A stretch of 63,689 nucleotides of DNA, the filler included, from Octopus bimaculoides (Eukaryota), in NCBI RefSeq assembly GCF_001194135.2. It is 6 parts of 6 records of this genome, joined end to end, with 100 filler letters (N's around TTAATTAATTAA, not from the genome) between each part and the next. Parts side by side here need not be neighbours in the genome. Positions count along the whole stretch, not along the records: positions 26,978 to 54,102 come from NC_068997.1; 5 more parts are not named here. One strand, given 5' to 3'. How positions within the stretch are numbered: position 1 is the stretch's first letter; each line of letters opens with the position of its first letter. Shown one piece after another: positions 38,058 through 52,158 of this stretch. Under the pieces are notes generated by a model. That model saw only the letters and a list, made by a program, of their open reading frames with translations, was not told the DNA's origin and did no database searches. A program made the translations under genes and the position numbers.

Positions 38058-39380
38058 TATGTACATGCATATATGTATGTATACATATATATATATATAT
38101 ACATATATACATGCATACATACATACATATATATTTATATGTGTGTGTGTGTATGTGTATGTGTATATGTAGGTATTTGTCAGTGTGTGTGCAGCTGATT
38201 TTGGAAAAAGGTAATGAAGATACATTTAATAAAACAACAAAAAAAATACGAAAAAGTGATTGAAAATATTTATATATGAAACCAAATTTAATAAGAAAAA
38301 AATTCCCGCGTAGTAATAACTATCCCTTCAACTAGTCCTATGTTTCATTTCGATTAGAATGTAATTATTTCCCATATTAAATAATTCCTTCAATATCGTC
38401 CTATCAGCTATATTTTATTTTCCCGTCCTATATCTTTCTTTCCCACGAACTCACCAATTTCAAGCTCTATTCCTGCGTTTTTCATTGTTTCTGAGAACTG
38501 ACAATATTACGTTATTCCATTCCATTAGTTTTCTATTCTTATTATCAAAGAATCCAAGCCAAAATTTAATCTCAGTAACTTTGCTTATATCATCCACCGA
38601 TTTACGCAAATCTGGATGCATCAAAATAACGATTCAGAATTTAATAATACTACAATGCATCGTGTTTATTATATACCAAAATCAGTCTGCTCGAAGCGTA
38701 AATATTTCATTACCATCAATAAATATTACACCAGTCAGCAAATAATAAATTAAAAATGTAAAAGCCAAAATAGCACCCTTTCTATACTAATTCGATTTAT
38801 TTGTATGTATTTATTGCTTCCAAACTTAAATAATTAACGTTTAATGAATGTGTAGTTAAGAAGGTAGCTTTCGAAACAACGTGATTATGTATCAGTTCCA
38901 GTGTGTGCGTACTTGGGTAAGTATCTGATATATATCTCTAGGCCTACCGATGTCTTGTGAGAAAAGTTGGTAAACGGAAAGGTGAGGAAGACCGTCGTAC
39001 ACGCATACGTATAAATGTTCTTGTATACACACACACACACACACCCGCGCGCACACACATATACTAACGGTCAAAATGGCTGATCGTTAGTAAGGAAAGA
39101 CACGCAAATAAGAAAGAAGAAAACAAAGGACCACTGATGAGGTCACAGAAGTGTGACAAAAGAACTCTGGCCGAAATACGATTAATGTAAAATAAAGCTG
39201 AAACAAATTAACACCAAATATATGGTGCGTGTGTTTTTATTGGTTAAAATGGCAACATGACCATCCCCAAATACAACAATAGCTGTTTCAACACACGATT
39301 TCACATCAAGAGTCTTGCAAAACGAATATATAACGAATATATATATATATCTATTAACACACACGCACACAGACACACAC

Positions 39381-39515
<135 letters not shown>

Positions 39516-40248
39516 ACGGTAAGAGAAATTGTAGAAGGAACACATCTACAAATTCCAAAGCGTAATTTAAAGAGCACAACGAAATAAATATACATATCAA
39601 TTTATAAATGAGTGAATAAAATTACATGTAAAAGGTATATGTAAAAACTAAGCATCATGCACGTTGCGTTCTGGTGCCAAATGGAGAAGTGACAAATATA
39701 GAGACAAGATAAGGTCCCTGTCTCCTGTCCACTTGCAGGGTCATGTCGCCGCTACAACGTTGTCTGGTTACTGTATCTAATGGCCAGATGAAGGTATATA
39801 TTGGGAGCAAAACTGACTTCAAAAGGAGATGTCTTTACTGTAAGATCGATTATCTTGCTAATGAATAAGTATGAAGAGGCTACCTTTCAATGAAAAGTCT
39901 TCAATAAAAGGCGAAACATTTCCGTGCAAATCTTTTATAATTATAGCTAGAAAAATAACAATTATCGACAATGAGATATTCCCTAAATCACATATGCGAA
40001 TGTCTTAAACGTTTCATAATTGAATTCTTTCAGGCAATGGACAGTCATGTTAAGTGAGGTCTTGAATGGTTAGTCGAAACAATTGACCCCCTCCCCCAGT
40101 ACATGTTTTACGTATTGTAATTATTCCATTCGCTTTTGCCGAATCGTTAATTGATGGAGCGCCGTACACAAAGAAACATCAGTCTCCAAGCAGTGGTGGG
40201 GGAAGAGATCCAGATACAAGGGCACATACACACTTAAGGGTGTGTATG

Positions 40249-40287
<39 letters not shown>

Positions 40288-40425
40288 CAATAAGAAAATG
40301 GAGGGGAATATGTGGTACTCATAAACTTGCAGACACTGTACTATGTCAATTTACCTGTTTATTTTTCAACCAAGAGGACAATAAAGACAATATACAAACA
40401 CATATGACACACTATGTCATTATAT

Positions 40426-40620
40426 GCGATGGGCTTCTTTCAGTTTCCGTCTAACAAATCCACTCACAAGGCTATAGTAGAAGACACTTGACCAAAGTGC
40501 CACGCATTGGAACTGAACCCGGAACCATTTGGTTGTTTGGTTGGTAAGAAAGCTACTTACCAGCTACTCTTGCGCCTATATATATATATATATATATACA
40601 TAGGCGCAGGAGTGGCTGTA
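40426..40620. mobile_element. Two family A SINE heads arranged head-to-head across a (TA)n spacer
   Basis: Minus copy 40426-40578 ends CAGCTACTCTTGCGCCTA; plus head TAGGCGCAGGAGTGGCTG at 40601-40618. Confidence 0.85.
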
Positions 40621-40971
40621 TATGTATTATTTNNNNNNNNNNNNNNNNNNNNNNNNNNNNNNNNNNNNNNNNNNNNNNNNNNNNNNNNNNNNNNNNNNNN
40701 NNNNNNNNNNNNNNNNNNNNNNNNNNNNNNNNNNNNNNNNNNNNNNNNNNNNNNNNNNNNNNNNNNNNNNNNNNNNNNNNNNNNNNNNNNNNNNNNNNNN
40801 NNNNNNNNNNNNNNNNNNNNNNNNNNNNNNNNNNNNNNNNNNNNNNNNNNNNNNNNNNNNNNNNNNNNNNNNNNNNNNNNNNNNNNNNNNNNNNNNNNNN
40901 NNNNNNNNNNNNNNNNNNNNNNNNNNNNNNNNNNNNNNNNNNNNNNNNNNNNNNNNNNNNNNNNNNNNNNN

Positions 40972-41006
<35 letters not shown>

Positions 41007-41204
41007 CAAACTGCAAAATTTTGGTCTTTTGTGTTTTACGTGAACACATATACATTATAAGTGAGACTGAAGAAAACACTTGCATATACGACATCTTTAC
41101 AGGTGAAACCATTACAAACACACGAAATAGCTCATCCATTTATGTTTTTGCGTATGTGTATGTGCGTGTGTGTGTGTGCATGTGTGTGTTTGTGTATGTT
41201 TGTT

Positions 41205-41250
<46 letters not shown>

Positions 41251-41575
41251 GGAATGGGTTTACGGAGAGTTAAGTAAATAAATTCATAATTATATTTTTC
41301 AATATTTGATATATACAGATATATGATATACATACCAATTAGAAAAGTGCTTAGAAAATTGCATATTTAATGTGCTAAGAAATGAAAATAAAAATAAAAA
41401 CGAAAGTTACATATATATGTATACATGTACGCATGTATGTATATGTGTGTAAATGGACAACGCTATGTATATATGGGTGTTTCCCAAGTGTATATATATC
41501 TAAAGTTCTCCATAAAATAAATACTTTGAAAAGAAATATAAAATGAAATATTAAGAAGAAGAGCAATATTAAAAT

Positions 41576-41675
41576 TAACGACAACAACGATGATGACTAA
41601 AATGATGATGGTGATGATGATAATGATGATAATGATGATGATAATAATAATAATAATAATAATAACAATGATAAA

Positions 41676-41728
<53 letters not shown>

Positions 41729-41777
41729 CAACAACAACAACAACAATAACAACAACAACAACAACGACAACACCAAC

Positions 41778-41818
<41 letters not shown>

Positions 41819-41848
41819 CCATGACGACGACAACAACAACAACAATAA
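41576..41848. repeat. Compound (ATA)/(ACA)/(ATG) trinucleotide array
   Basis: In-phase triplet runs. Confidence 0.95.
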
Positions 41849-42389
41849 TAGTATTTGCGCAAACTGATTTGATTTGCTAAAATTAAATGAATAAAAACTT
41901 ACGTAATTTTTAAGTAAATTGTCAAGATTTTAATGTTTATTTTTGAGCGAATTTTTAAATAGATTTCACATATGTGGAAACATAAAGAACGCATATGCTA
42001 AAGAATTTTAAACCAGTAAATTATGAAGAAATATAAAACAAGACAAATATATTAACATAGGTGAATGCATGCATATGCATTTATTTGTATATTAGTATAC
42101 ATATATATATATATATATACATATATNNNNNNNNNNTATATGTCTTTGCATGCGTGTGTATGTGCACATATATATATATACAATTATAAATGGATATTCA
42201 TTTACATAATTTACGTTATATGACAAGACCAAGACATCTCGGATAGAAAAATGCTCAAGTGACAAAATTCCATATAAAATAAAATCTTAATATTTTAGAC
42301 ATACATGCTGCAAATTTACTGCACGAAAAACTGAAGAAATATATAAACTTCTTGATTTGTTATTAACTCATATTCATAGGTTTCGTGTG

Positions 42390-42423
<34 letters not shown>

Positions 42424-43369
42424 TACATAGAAATATAGAAATATATATANNNNNNNNNNNNNNNNNNNNNNNNNNNNNNNNNNNNNNNNNNNNNNNNNNN
42501 NNNNNNNNNNNNNNNNNNNNNNNNNNNNNNNNNNNNNNNNNNNNNNNNNNNNNNNNNNNNNNNNNNNNNNNNNNNNNNNNNNNNNNNNNNNNNNNNNNNN
42601 NNNNNNNNNNNNNNNNNNNNNNNNNNNNNNNNNNNNNNNNNNNNNNNNNNNNNNNNNNNNNNNNNNNNNNNNNNNNNNNNNNNNNNNNNNNNNNNNNNNN
42701 NNNNNNNNNNNNNNNNNNNNNNNNNNNNNNNNNNNNNNNNNNNNNNNNNNNNNNNNNNNNNNNNNNNNNNNNNNNNNNNNNNNNNNNNNNNNNNNNNNNN
42801 NNNNNNNNNNNNNNNNNNNNNNNNNNNNNNNNNNNNNNNNNNNNNNNNNNNNNNNNNNNNNNNNNNNNNNNNNNNNNNNNNNNNNNNNNNNNNNNNNNNN
42901 NNNNNNNNNNNNNNNNNNNNNNNNNNNNNNNNNNNNNNNNNNNNNNNNNNNNNNNNNNNNNNNNNNNNNNNNNNNNNNNNNNNNNNNNNNNNNNNNNNNN
43001 NNNNNNNNNNNNNNNNNNNNNNNNNNNNNNNNNNNNNNNNNNNNNNNNNNNNNNNNNNNNNNNNNNNNNNNNNNNNNNNNNNNNNNNNNNNNNNNNNNNN
43101 NNNNNNNNNNNNNNNNNNNTATATATATATATATATTTACACATATACTTAATTGCAAAAATAGAATCAACAAAAATGAGTACGGTTAGACTTATCTATA
43201 CAAATATATATATATATGTATGCATATGTACATACTGACGTTATGATACTTTAGATCTATTAGCTATTTGCACACACACACATATGTATATGCATAAAAG
43301 TTTTGAAAGTTCTCGGCAAACATATCCAACCGCCATTGTCCCCAATTTCAAAGCATTACCAGCAACAAT

Positions 43370-43670
43370 ATCATCGAAATCATCATCATTGTGTTTATCA
43401 TTCCGAACTAACTTCATTAAGTACATCGCCTTTGTCACCGATATCAACATGATGTCGCAGGTGACGTTCTCGATATTTGTGACCACAACCACCACCACCA
43501 CCATCATGATCATGATCATGATCATGATCATCATCATCATCATCATCCAACACACCGTCCTTGTCGTGTTATTCGTCGTCGTCGTGTCATCTACACCATT
43601 ATCACCGCCATTCTCGTCGTCGTCTTGATCATCCTCAACATCATAATCATCATCTTCATCGTTATCGATT
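43370..43670. repeat. Degenerate (CAT)/(CGT)/(CAC) trinucleotide array
   Basis: In-phase triplet runs. Confidence 0.9.
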
Positions 43671-43732
43671 CTGGAACCGAGATTACTGGAAGACATTTTT
43701 CTTCAAATTATTGTTTTGGAAATTCTATATAT

Positions 43733-43833
<101 letters not shown>

Positions 43834-44681
43834 CGTGCGTGCGTGTGTGCGAGCGCGTACGTAGTAATTCGTTAAAACTGTAGAATGTAAAATATGCATT
43901 TATTTCAAATTTCACATTTTTTATTGCTTGTAATATCCTCCAGTTACATCTGTAGTTGTAAAAAGTTAGTTTGAAACTTTTGGAGTTAAGATTAAGTAAA
44001 ATATTCTTTTTGCCATTTTGTACACAGACACACACACACACACAAAACACACACACACACACACTCACACACACAAGCACACACAAACATATATGCATAT
44101 GTGTATGTGTGTATGGGTATGTGTGTGTGTATATATACATACATGTATGAATATATATGTGTACTTTTATATTTATGCAGTGTTCAAATATGAATGTATA
44201 CACACATACATATATGTGCATATACTTATACATATGCATATAGGAATTCATATATTTGTATATGTTTCCATGCATATACTTATATACGTGCGCATATATG
44301 CACACGCATGCACGCGTACACCTGCATATGTTTATATATACGAACACAAAAATACACACCGTACGCATAAAAATTATTCGTTTTGCTTTCTAAAAAAAGC
44401 CGCGAAGTTTGTTTCAATTATTTTTTTTTCTTGTGTATTTCATATTTATTTATTTCTAATTCATTTATTTGCTCATGTTCAATTCGAAGAATAGCTTTAT
44501 AATTCTACCAGTACGTACGGCGATGTATTTAGTAAGAGCTAACGCTAAAATCATCAACGTGGAAATATAGGGAGAAAAAATGAGGTTGAGGTGAGGCAGA
44601 GATAAAATGTTAGCGAGGAAACGAAAAGGGAGTGAAGTGTTGGGACTGAAGCATAAACACTACATAAAAACAATTGTAACA

Positions 44682-44706
44682 TTCTCATTCCCAACGCATT
44701 TTTCGA

Positions 44707-44786
<80 letters not shown>

Positions 44787-44992
44787 TTCCTGCTCACTGC
44801 TTGGAATCAAACTTAACCACTTACCTTAGGAATAAGAACCCATGTTCGAAATTTACCCAAGACACATTATGAAGGCTGGAGGGTATATCAGCTGAAACGT
44901 TGTGTTAACAACAAACAAGAAGAGGACAAATATTTGTCAAATGTAAATAATGTAAATAACGTACAAGTTTCATCATCTCTTAAATATCGAAC
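44682..44992. mobile_element. tRNA-headed HHR element, copy 2, with inverted 5' part (44682-44821 minus; 44822-44992 plus); HHR at 44861-44906
   Basis: TTCTCATTCC..ATTTTTCGATGTT(ATT)nCAGG..TGGAATCAAACT..TAACCAC matches 17288-17388 on the same strand. It is followed by TACCTTAGGAAT.AGAACCC...GACAC-ATTATGA-A-GGCTG-GAGGGTATAT-CAGCT-GAAAC-GT-T-GTGTT, matching the reverse complement of 17161-17303. Confidence 0.8.
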
Positions 44993-45001
44993 TGTTTAAA
45001 G

Positions 45002-45338
45002 CAGTCGTTCTCAACCGGGATCCATATAAGATTTCTTGGGGTCAAAGCAACAAAACAGTAAACTGGGGTTCCACATTAATAGTCTAATGTGATATGAAAA
45101 GATTTTGCTTTACATATATGTATTGATATGCATTGCAAAAAAAAAAAATGCTAGATTTCTCTCTAAAATTTTACGTTGTTCAACCTACACGACCGAATGT
45201 ACGAAATACAAAATAGGAATTTTGACAGAAGATACTATGAAACTAGTTTTTAAACAGCGAATGTCTATGGGGGTCGAGTAGAATATAATAGTAATCAAAG
45301 GGATCTTTAGGTAATACAAAAAAGTTTGAGAACCCCTG
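45002..45338 (+). mobile_element. hAT (Charlie-like) MITE, 337 bp, 8-bp TSD
   Basis: TIRs CAGTCGTTCTCAACC / GTTTGAGAACCCCTG; TSD GTTTAAAG (44994-45001) / GTTTAGAG (45339-45346). Confidence 0.88.
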
Positions 45339-47516
45339 GTTTAGAGGAATCCATTCCATTGCAATAATTCAAGCCGGGTTTAGTATACGTACCTCATCTA
45401 TGTCTCTCCAGTCTCGGACATCATGTAATAGGTCAGGAGCACTACCAACTTGCTTGATTAAAAAGGTAAAATCAAAGAGGATAGAGATACACATCATTTC
45501 TATTTAAACGTCCAGTTCTTCATGCTTGTATAGGTCCGACGAAATTAAGGCAGATTTTCTACGGCCATTTCTATACTCAAAACGTACTTGTTTCCCAGCA
45601 AGGTAACATTTCCCCTTCGGAAATATTTTGCTCAGTATTCCAAATGAATGACATTTACTTTTAGCAATTATGCGATGTGGAAAGAAAGAAACACACGCAT
45701 TTGGTCACCCAAGGCTTCATTAGAAGACAGTAGCCAAAAGTATCACGCTAAACAAAACCATATATTTGGGAAGCAAACTTATTAACCACGCAGCTGTTCG
45801 TGTAAAATACAGTCACGGACCAACATTGATCAAACAGGCCAATAATCAAAAGCATTCCAGTCATGACCATCTCATATGTATTTTCCCATAGGTTTATTTA
45901 TGTATTACTTAATGTGTCAATGTTTTTTGTTTCATTTATTAGGGTATCAGTGATTTTGGCTATTATACTTAACATGCCAGTGGTTCAAAATTGGTTTATT
46001 TTTAAATGAAATTTTGTGCTTGTTTTCTAAGATCTGTGTGTATTTCGCAATGTACTGTTTCAGTTAATATATACACATATTTTGATAATCCATAACGTTA
46101 TTTCGAGTGTGCATTAAAATAGTAATTAATGAAATTAATTAGCATAGAAACATCATTATTTTCATCGAAACATTTTTGCACTCAGCTCAGGCAGACACGC
46201 ATACAGGCGCTCGCACACGCATGCAGACATATATTCACACATATACAAACACATATAGTTATTTATGTATGGTGTGTATAGAAATATTTCTATGTGCATA
46301 GAAATAACTGCACCATAAACACACGCAAAACGCACACACACACACACACACACACACAGATATTCATCTTTTTGAAGGTGCTAATATATGCGTGTTATAA
46401 TGTTTGAGTGTGTGTGTGTGCGTTCGCCCTATATTAATGTATGTGTATATATATATATATNNNNNNNNNNNNNNNNNNNNNNNNNNNNNNNNNNNNNNNN
46501 NNNNNNNNNNNNNNNNNNNNNNNNNNNNNNNNNNNNNNNNNNNNNNNNNTATATATCCATGTGTGTAAGTATCAGTTCTAAAAGTATATATAAGCGTATT
46601 AATTCAGACTCTCGTATTTAATCACAATGATCACATAAGTGTTAATATGCATATATGTATATGTAAATATGCTCACTCTTGCATTCCTACATATGCACAT
46701 AGACATGCATACCAACACATACATACATACATACATAAATAATTTACATTATGCCTGTCCAAAAATTGTGTTGAAATATCTCATACCGTCCATGGACTCT
46801 TGCTTGTCCAACACAAATATAACCTGACGTTGACAGGTATAAAACGTTGATTTAAACTTTCCACATATTTGCATCGAAAGTCGTAAAGAAAGATTGAAAT
46901 CTAAACAACAATAATAACAACAACAATAATGATAATCATAAAAATAATAATAATTATCATTAATAAATTGAATAAATAAATTAACGGAAATAAATTATTT
47001 TAGGCAAAAGCTAAAAACAAAAATAAGCGTTAATAACAACAGTAAACAAAAATGTCTCTCACCCTCCAAAAACCGAATAAAAAGCAAAATTGTTAAAAAG
47101 ACGGTTAAATGTTGTAATGCCATTTTTTTTTTTTTTGCCAATGAAAGAAATATGTTTTAGCTCTCCGCTTAAAATTTGTCTGAATAACTAAAATATATTA
47201 CATTTCCAAATTGGTTTTGGATTATTCCAGTCAGGCTGTTTGCTCATTAAGTGAGTATAAAATATTAAATAAATACATAAACAAGTACAAACATATGTAT
47301 GTGTAAAGGGGTGTGTTTATGTGTGTGTGNNNNNNNNNNNNNNNNNNNNNNNNNNNNNNNNNNNNNNNNNNNNNNNNNNNNNNNNNNNNNNNNNNNNNNN
47401 NNNNNNNNNNNNNNNNNNNNNNNNNNNNNNNNNNNNNNNNNNNNNNNNNNNNNNNNNNNNNNNNNNNNNNNNNNNNNNNNNNNNNNNNNNNNNNNNNNNN
47501 NNNNNNNNNNNNNNNN

Positions 47517-47564
<48 letters not shown>

Positions 47565-47699
47565 TGTGTGTGTGTGTGTACGTACAGATGTACATACATG
47601 TATACATATACTGCAGTGAATTTGCCTTTAGTCACTAGCTCTTTCCACCCAAAATTTTAGCTTGTGCCAAAGATTTGAAACCGAGTCACTCGTACAACA

Positions 47700-48325
47700 G
47701 GAAAACTGCTTAGCGGCATTTCTTACGTCTTTTCGTTTGGGCTCTAATTACGCCGAGCTCGACTTTGCCTTTGTTCTCTTCGGGGTCCATAAAATAAGTG
47801 CCATTTGAGGATTGGGATCGACATAATCAACTATATCCCTCTTCTAAAATTTCAGGCCTTGTGCCTATAATGGAAAGGATTATTATTAAGGTTGCGAATT
47901 GGCAGACCCGCTAGCATGCCGGACAAAATGCATAACGGCATTTCCTTCGTCTTTTCGCTTTTCCACCGAGGTCGGTTTTGCTTTTTATACTTTTGGGGTC
48001 GATAAAATAAATACCCGTTGAATATTGGTGTCAATTTAATCTACTTACATCAGGCCTAAAATTGTTGGCCTTGTACCAAAATTCGAAATCATTACTACAC
48101 ACAATAATAATCCTTTCTACTATAGGCACAAGGCCTGAAATTTGGGGGAGGGGACAAGTCCATTAAATCGACCCCAGTGTTTCACTGGTAGTTAATTTAT
48201 TGACCCCGAAAGGATAAAAGGTAAATTCGACTTCGGCGGAATTTGAACTCACACTGTAGCGACGGGTGTAATACCGCTTAGCACTTCATCCAATGCGGTA
48301 ACGATTCTGACAGCTCATCACCTTA
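47700..48325. mobile_element. Three SINE family B copies (+ ~47700-47880, + 47888-48090, - 48104-48325)
   Basis: B-family core GGGGTCGATAAAATAA.T.CC and tail GGCCTTGTGCCTATA in both orientations. Confidence 0.85.
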
Positions 48326-50559
48326 CTCCACACAATATAATAATTGAAATTTGGCTAGAATTAACGTTCATCAACTGATCCCATGATGAATTTTACGATA
48401 TATGTAAGCCATAATATTACTTCACTTACTTTGTGCATGCACCGACATTAAGATATGGTTGTCACATCATCTAACCATTACAATTACAATACACTTACTC
48501 TATGGCTATAATAATTCTTATATATTTCACCAGTATAAAGGATTCTAGCTGAAATCCCAGGTACTGGTATAGCACATATATAACTGTCGATCCACGACTA
48601 GTAGTTGCTGAATCACTATGAAAAATAATTGTAATTAGATATAATCCAGCGTGTTATCTTAACTAAGTTTTATAAAACGTGCGCCATATAAGCGATCCAT
48701 TTGATGCTTGCATATAATAAAGACAGCCTGTTATGGATACAAAGAGATTTTCTCAATCTCTATGACCGTCTAATTTTATCTCAGTATTGCCAAAATATCG
48801 CTTGATTTAAAGCCGATCCTTCTACACGTGCTTTATCTATTACATATAAAGGAGATAGGCTAGAAATATTTGCCCTAATCGGATTTTTTCTTCTTTTCTT
48901 GCTTAGAATCTTTTACAAGATTTGTTGTAGTTTTATGGAGGATAATGGAAGATGTGACAGATTATAGAAAACTTGTTGTGGATACTGTAAAACTAATTAC
49001 AGTTATGACTTAATTAACTTGTTAAGGCAGCCTTTAGCAACGGAAGCATGTTCAACCCTTCAAAGTTTGCTGACCCGAATAATGTTAATAGGATATTTTT
49101 CTTTGCAGCGAGGTTGTTTCTTAATTTTGCTTTATGTGGAGATGATAAAGAGAAGAAAATCTACTGGTTTATTGGATAGATTTCTCTGTTTTTCTCTTTA
49201 TACGCAGTGAGTTTCTAAACTGAGCTTCTTAGTTATCGACTTTGCACAGTTTATTTCTCTTCTCTTGTAAATAGAAAACTGTATGTTCAAAATTGTTTAA
49301 TGTTCAACTCGATATTTTTGATTCAAAGTGAAGTAGATTTCTTATTTTTCTTTTTATTGTCTTGTTTTAATATATTTATTATTTTATTCGTCGTAAAATT
49401 TTTTGCAGAATTTTTTTGCACAAAATGCTTTAAAAAAAAAAACATTTTTGTTCCCACCGGAAATAGTTTTCTTTTTTTTCTGTCGGACTACTTATCAGCC
49501 AACTTCAATTATTCTATTTCCTTAAACAAACAGTTGTATTAATAAATTTCCACTCTCTCATGCGCATTTGCTTGTCTATGTACCTGAACATGTATACACA
49601 CACACACACATATATATATATATAATATATATACACACACANNNNNNNNNNNNNNNNNNNNNNNNNNNNNNNNNNNNNNNNNNNNNNNNNNNNNNNNNNN
49701 NNNNNNNNNNNNNNNNNNNNNNNNNNNNNNNNNNNNNNNNNNNNNNNNNNNNNNNNNNNNNNNNNNNNNNNNNNNNNNNNNNNNNNNNNNNNNNNNNNNN
49801 NNNNNNNNNNNNNNNNNNNNNNNNNNNNNNNNNNNNNNNNNNNNNNNNNNNNNNNNNNNNNNNNNNNNNNNNNNNNNNNNNNNNNNNNNNNNNNNNNNNN
49901 NNNNNNNNNNNNNNNNNNNNNNNNNNNNNNNNNNNNNNNNNNNNNNNNNNNNNNNNNNNNNNNNNNNNNNNNNNNNNNNNNNNNNNNNNNNNNNNNNNNN
50001 NNNNNNNNNNNNNNNNNNNNNNNNNNNNNNNNNNNNNNNNNNNNNNNNNNNNNNNNNNNNNNNNNNNNNNNCAATAAAATTCACATTTTGTTTGAGGTTT
50101 GTCAGTCAACTTGACTTGGCCATTCGTATTCCAATCACTCGAAATGTATTTTTATGTCTTTATAAGTGCTCGAGCCCTTTGTTTATGTTCTTTCTATTTA
50201 TATATTTTTATGATAGTGGCCATGTCTATTGCAAAGTTTCTACAACGCTAGAATTTTGAATCTTGTCACTCAAAATCCTGAATCGCTTTTGCAATGTTTG
50301 AAAACTCTTCACAGAGCTCCTTAAGAAGGGAGGAATAAATAGCACTTCTCTTGTGAAATCTTGTTAAGCTTTATAATATTAGTCAATTTCAATGAGGTCA
50401 TCAATCCTACGTCTTCGGTCGTGTAATCAAAACAGAACATTTACGTCATTCGTAGATGCATGAGATGCAGTCGATTAGCAAATATCAATGAATATTTGTG
50501 TGTTAAAGACTACGTGAATTTTGATCAGGTCCTTTTCATTGTTTGTAATTCAACTGAAC

Positions 50560-51300
50560 ATTGAATTAATTCCTAAATTCTTTTATCGCTAGGCGTCTTT
50601 GTCAGTTGCATCTAACAACTGATCAAATGTGTATCGAAGATAAGAAGCTTTAAATGTAACTTTGGTTGCAAAAGTTACGTAGCATTTGCTGGGAAAACAT
50701 TAATTTAACATTTGGGTATTACTGCTTCAATTATTAAGGAGAATAAGGTGAGTTATCTCCGTTCAGATGTGCATGAAATTGAATATTTGTGTCACCACAC
50801 TTTGTTTTACTGGTAGAATGTGTTAAGAAAACCATCCTTCGAACAGTGAAATAGTTACTGAAGGTATGTTTTATTTGCATTCAATATGACTGAAACTTGT
50901 AGCATTTATGAGAAACTTTACGTGTTCTTGGATTTTCGATATGATTCTTAGCCTATAGTATCAAGTTGCATTACCTCCAAATAATAAACTTAAACGAACT
51001 TTAACGAATATAAAACCTCGCATCGATCATTCCTCTATTGCAATTTAACCTCTTGCTGCCACGCGTTTCCAAAATAATTTTGTTTCGCCTACATTAAAAG
51101 TTTGGGAAGGTGTGTAACATTGCTTTTTGTTATTTCTTCCAATTCTTTAGGGAACACACTTCTTGCTTCAATATCAGCACTCGCAAATTCTTCTTTTACC
51201 TTTGCACTATGCAAACCAACTTGTTTTCTATATCAATAAAATCAGCCATTGCTTGAAGTAAATATTTCTTCACAGTCACCATCTTTCGTATCTTTATTGG
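50560..51300 (-). mobile_element. Decayed Tigger/pogo (Tc1-mariner superfamily) transposase
   Basis: Minus strand, with frameshifts: FTSSNG*F; ASADIEA..VFPKELEEI; TFNVGETKLFWKRVAAR (51051-51101); VRLSLLFGGNAT (50964-50999); VFPANAT*LLQP..TFKASYLRYTFDQL (50620-50700). Confidence 0.85.
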
Positions 51301-51409
51301 TATAAAATAGAGAAGAATTTAGCACAAGTGGTTGCATATAGGTTCATTGGATCGTTAGCTTGTATCGCTTACTCGTGTTCATAAAAGCTTTTCAAATTTT
51401 AAATACACG

Positions 51410-51840
51410 CTTACTATTTCTGTTACGTATGCTTGTAGATTACAAGGAATGCTCATTTTTAATATCCTGAAAATATTCCCTTATACACTAAAATGAAGAT
51501 GCTATTGTTGGAAAAAAAAAAGAATTAAAGGTAAAACTTTAACGAATGCTTCAGTTCTGATTACATTTATTGTCATTTAATTTGTTTATCTATTTATTAT
51601 TAATTGTTTCCTTTGTATTAATTGTTTCCTTACTATTTCTGTTACGTATGCTTGTAGATTACAAGGAATGCTCATTTTTAATATCCTGAAAATATTCCCT
51701 TATACACTAAAATGAAGATGCTATTGTTGGAAAAAAAAAAAGAATTAAAGGTAAAACTTTAACGAATGCTTCAGTTCTGATTACATTTATTGTCATTTAA
51801 TTTGTTTATCTATTTATTATTAATTGTTTCCTTTGTATTA
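51410..51840. repeat. Near-perfect ~212-bp tandem duplication (period 219-220)
   Basis: 51410-51621 is repeated at 51629-51840. The only difference noticed is a poly-A run of 10 vs 11. Confidence 0.92.
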
Positions 51841-51889
51841 AAAAAAGCTTTTCCCAAAATACCCTCCTGTTTTTTTTTTCCTGAAGTAC

Positions 51890-52158
51890 AGGAAGCCTAG
51901 TACTTATTCTATCGATTTCTTTTGCCGAACCGCTAAGTTACGGGGACGTAAACACACCACCATCGGTTGTCAAGCGATGTTGGGGGGATAAACACAGAAA
52001 CGCAAACATACACACACATACATATATACGACGGGCTTCTTTCAGTTTCCGTCTACCAAATCCACTCACACTTGCCCAAGGTGCTACGCAGTGGGACTAA
52101 ACTTGGAACCATGTGGTTCGTAAGCAAGCTACTTACCACAAAGCCACTCCTACGCCTA
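51890..52158 (-). mobile_element. SINE family A, near full length
   Basis: GCCGAACCGCTAAGTTACGGGGACG...GGGCTTCTTTCAGTTTCCGTCTACC...GCTACTTACCAC.AAGCCACTCCTACGCCT. Confidence 0.92.
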
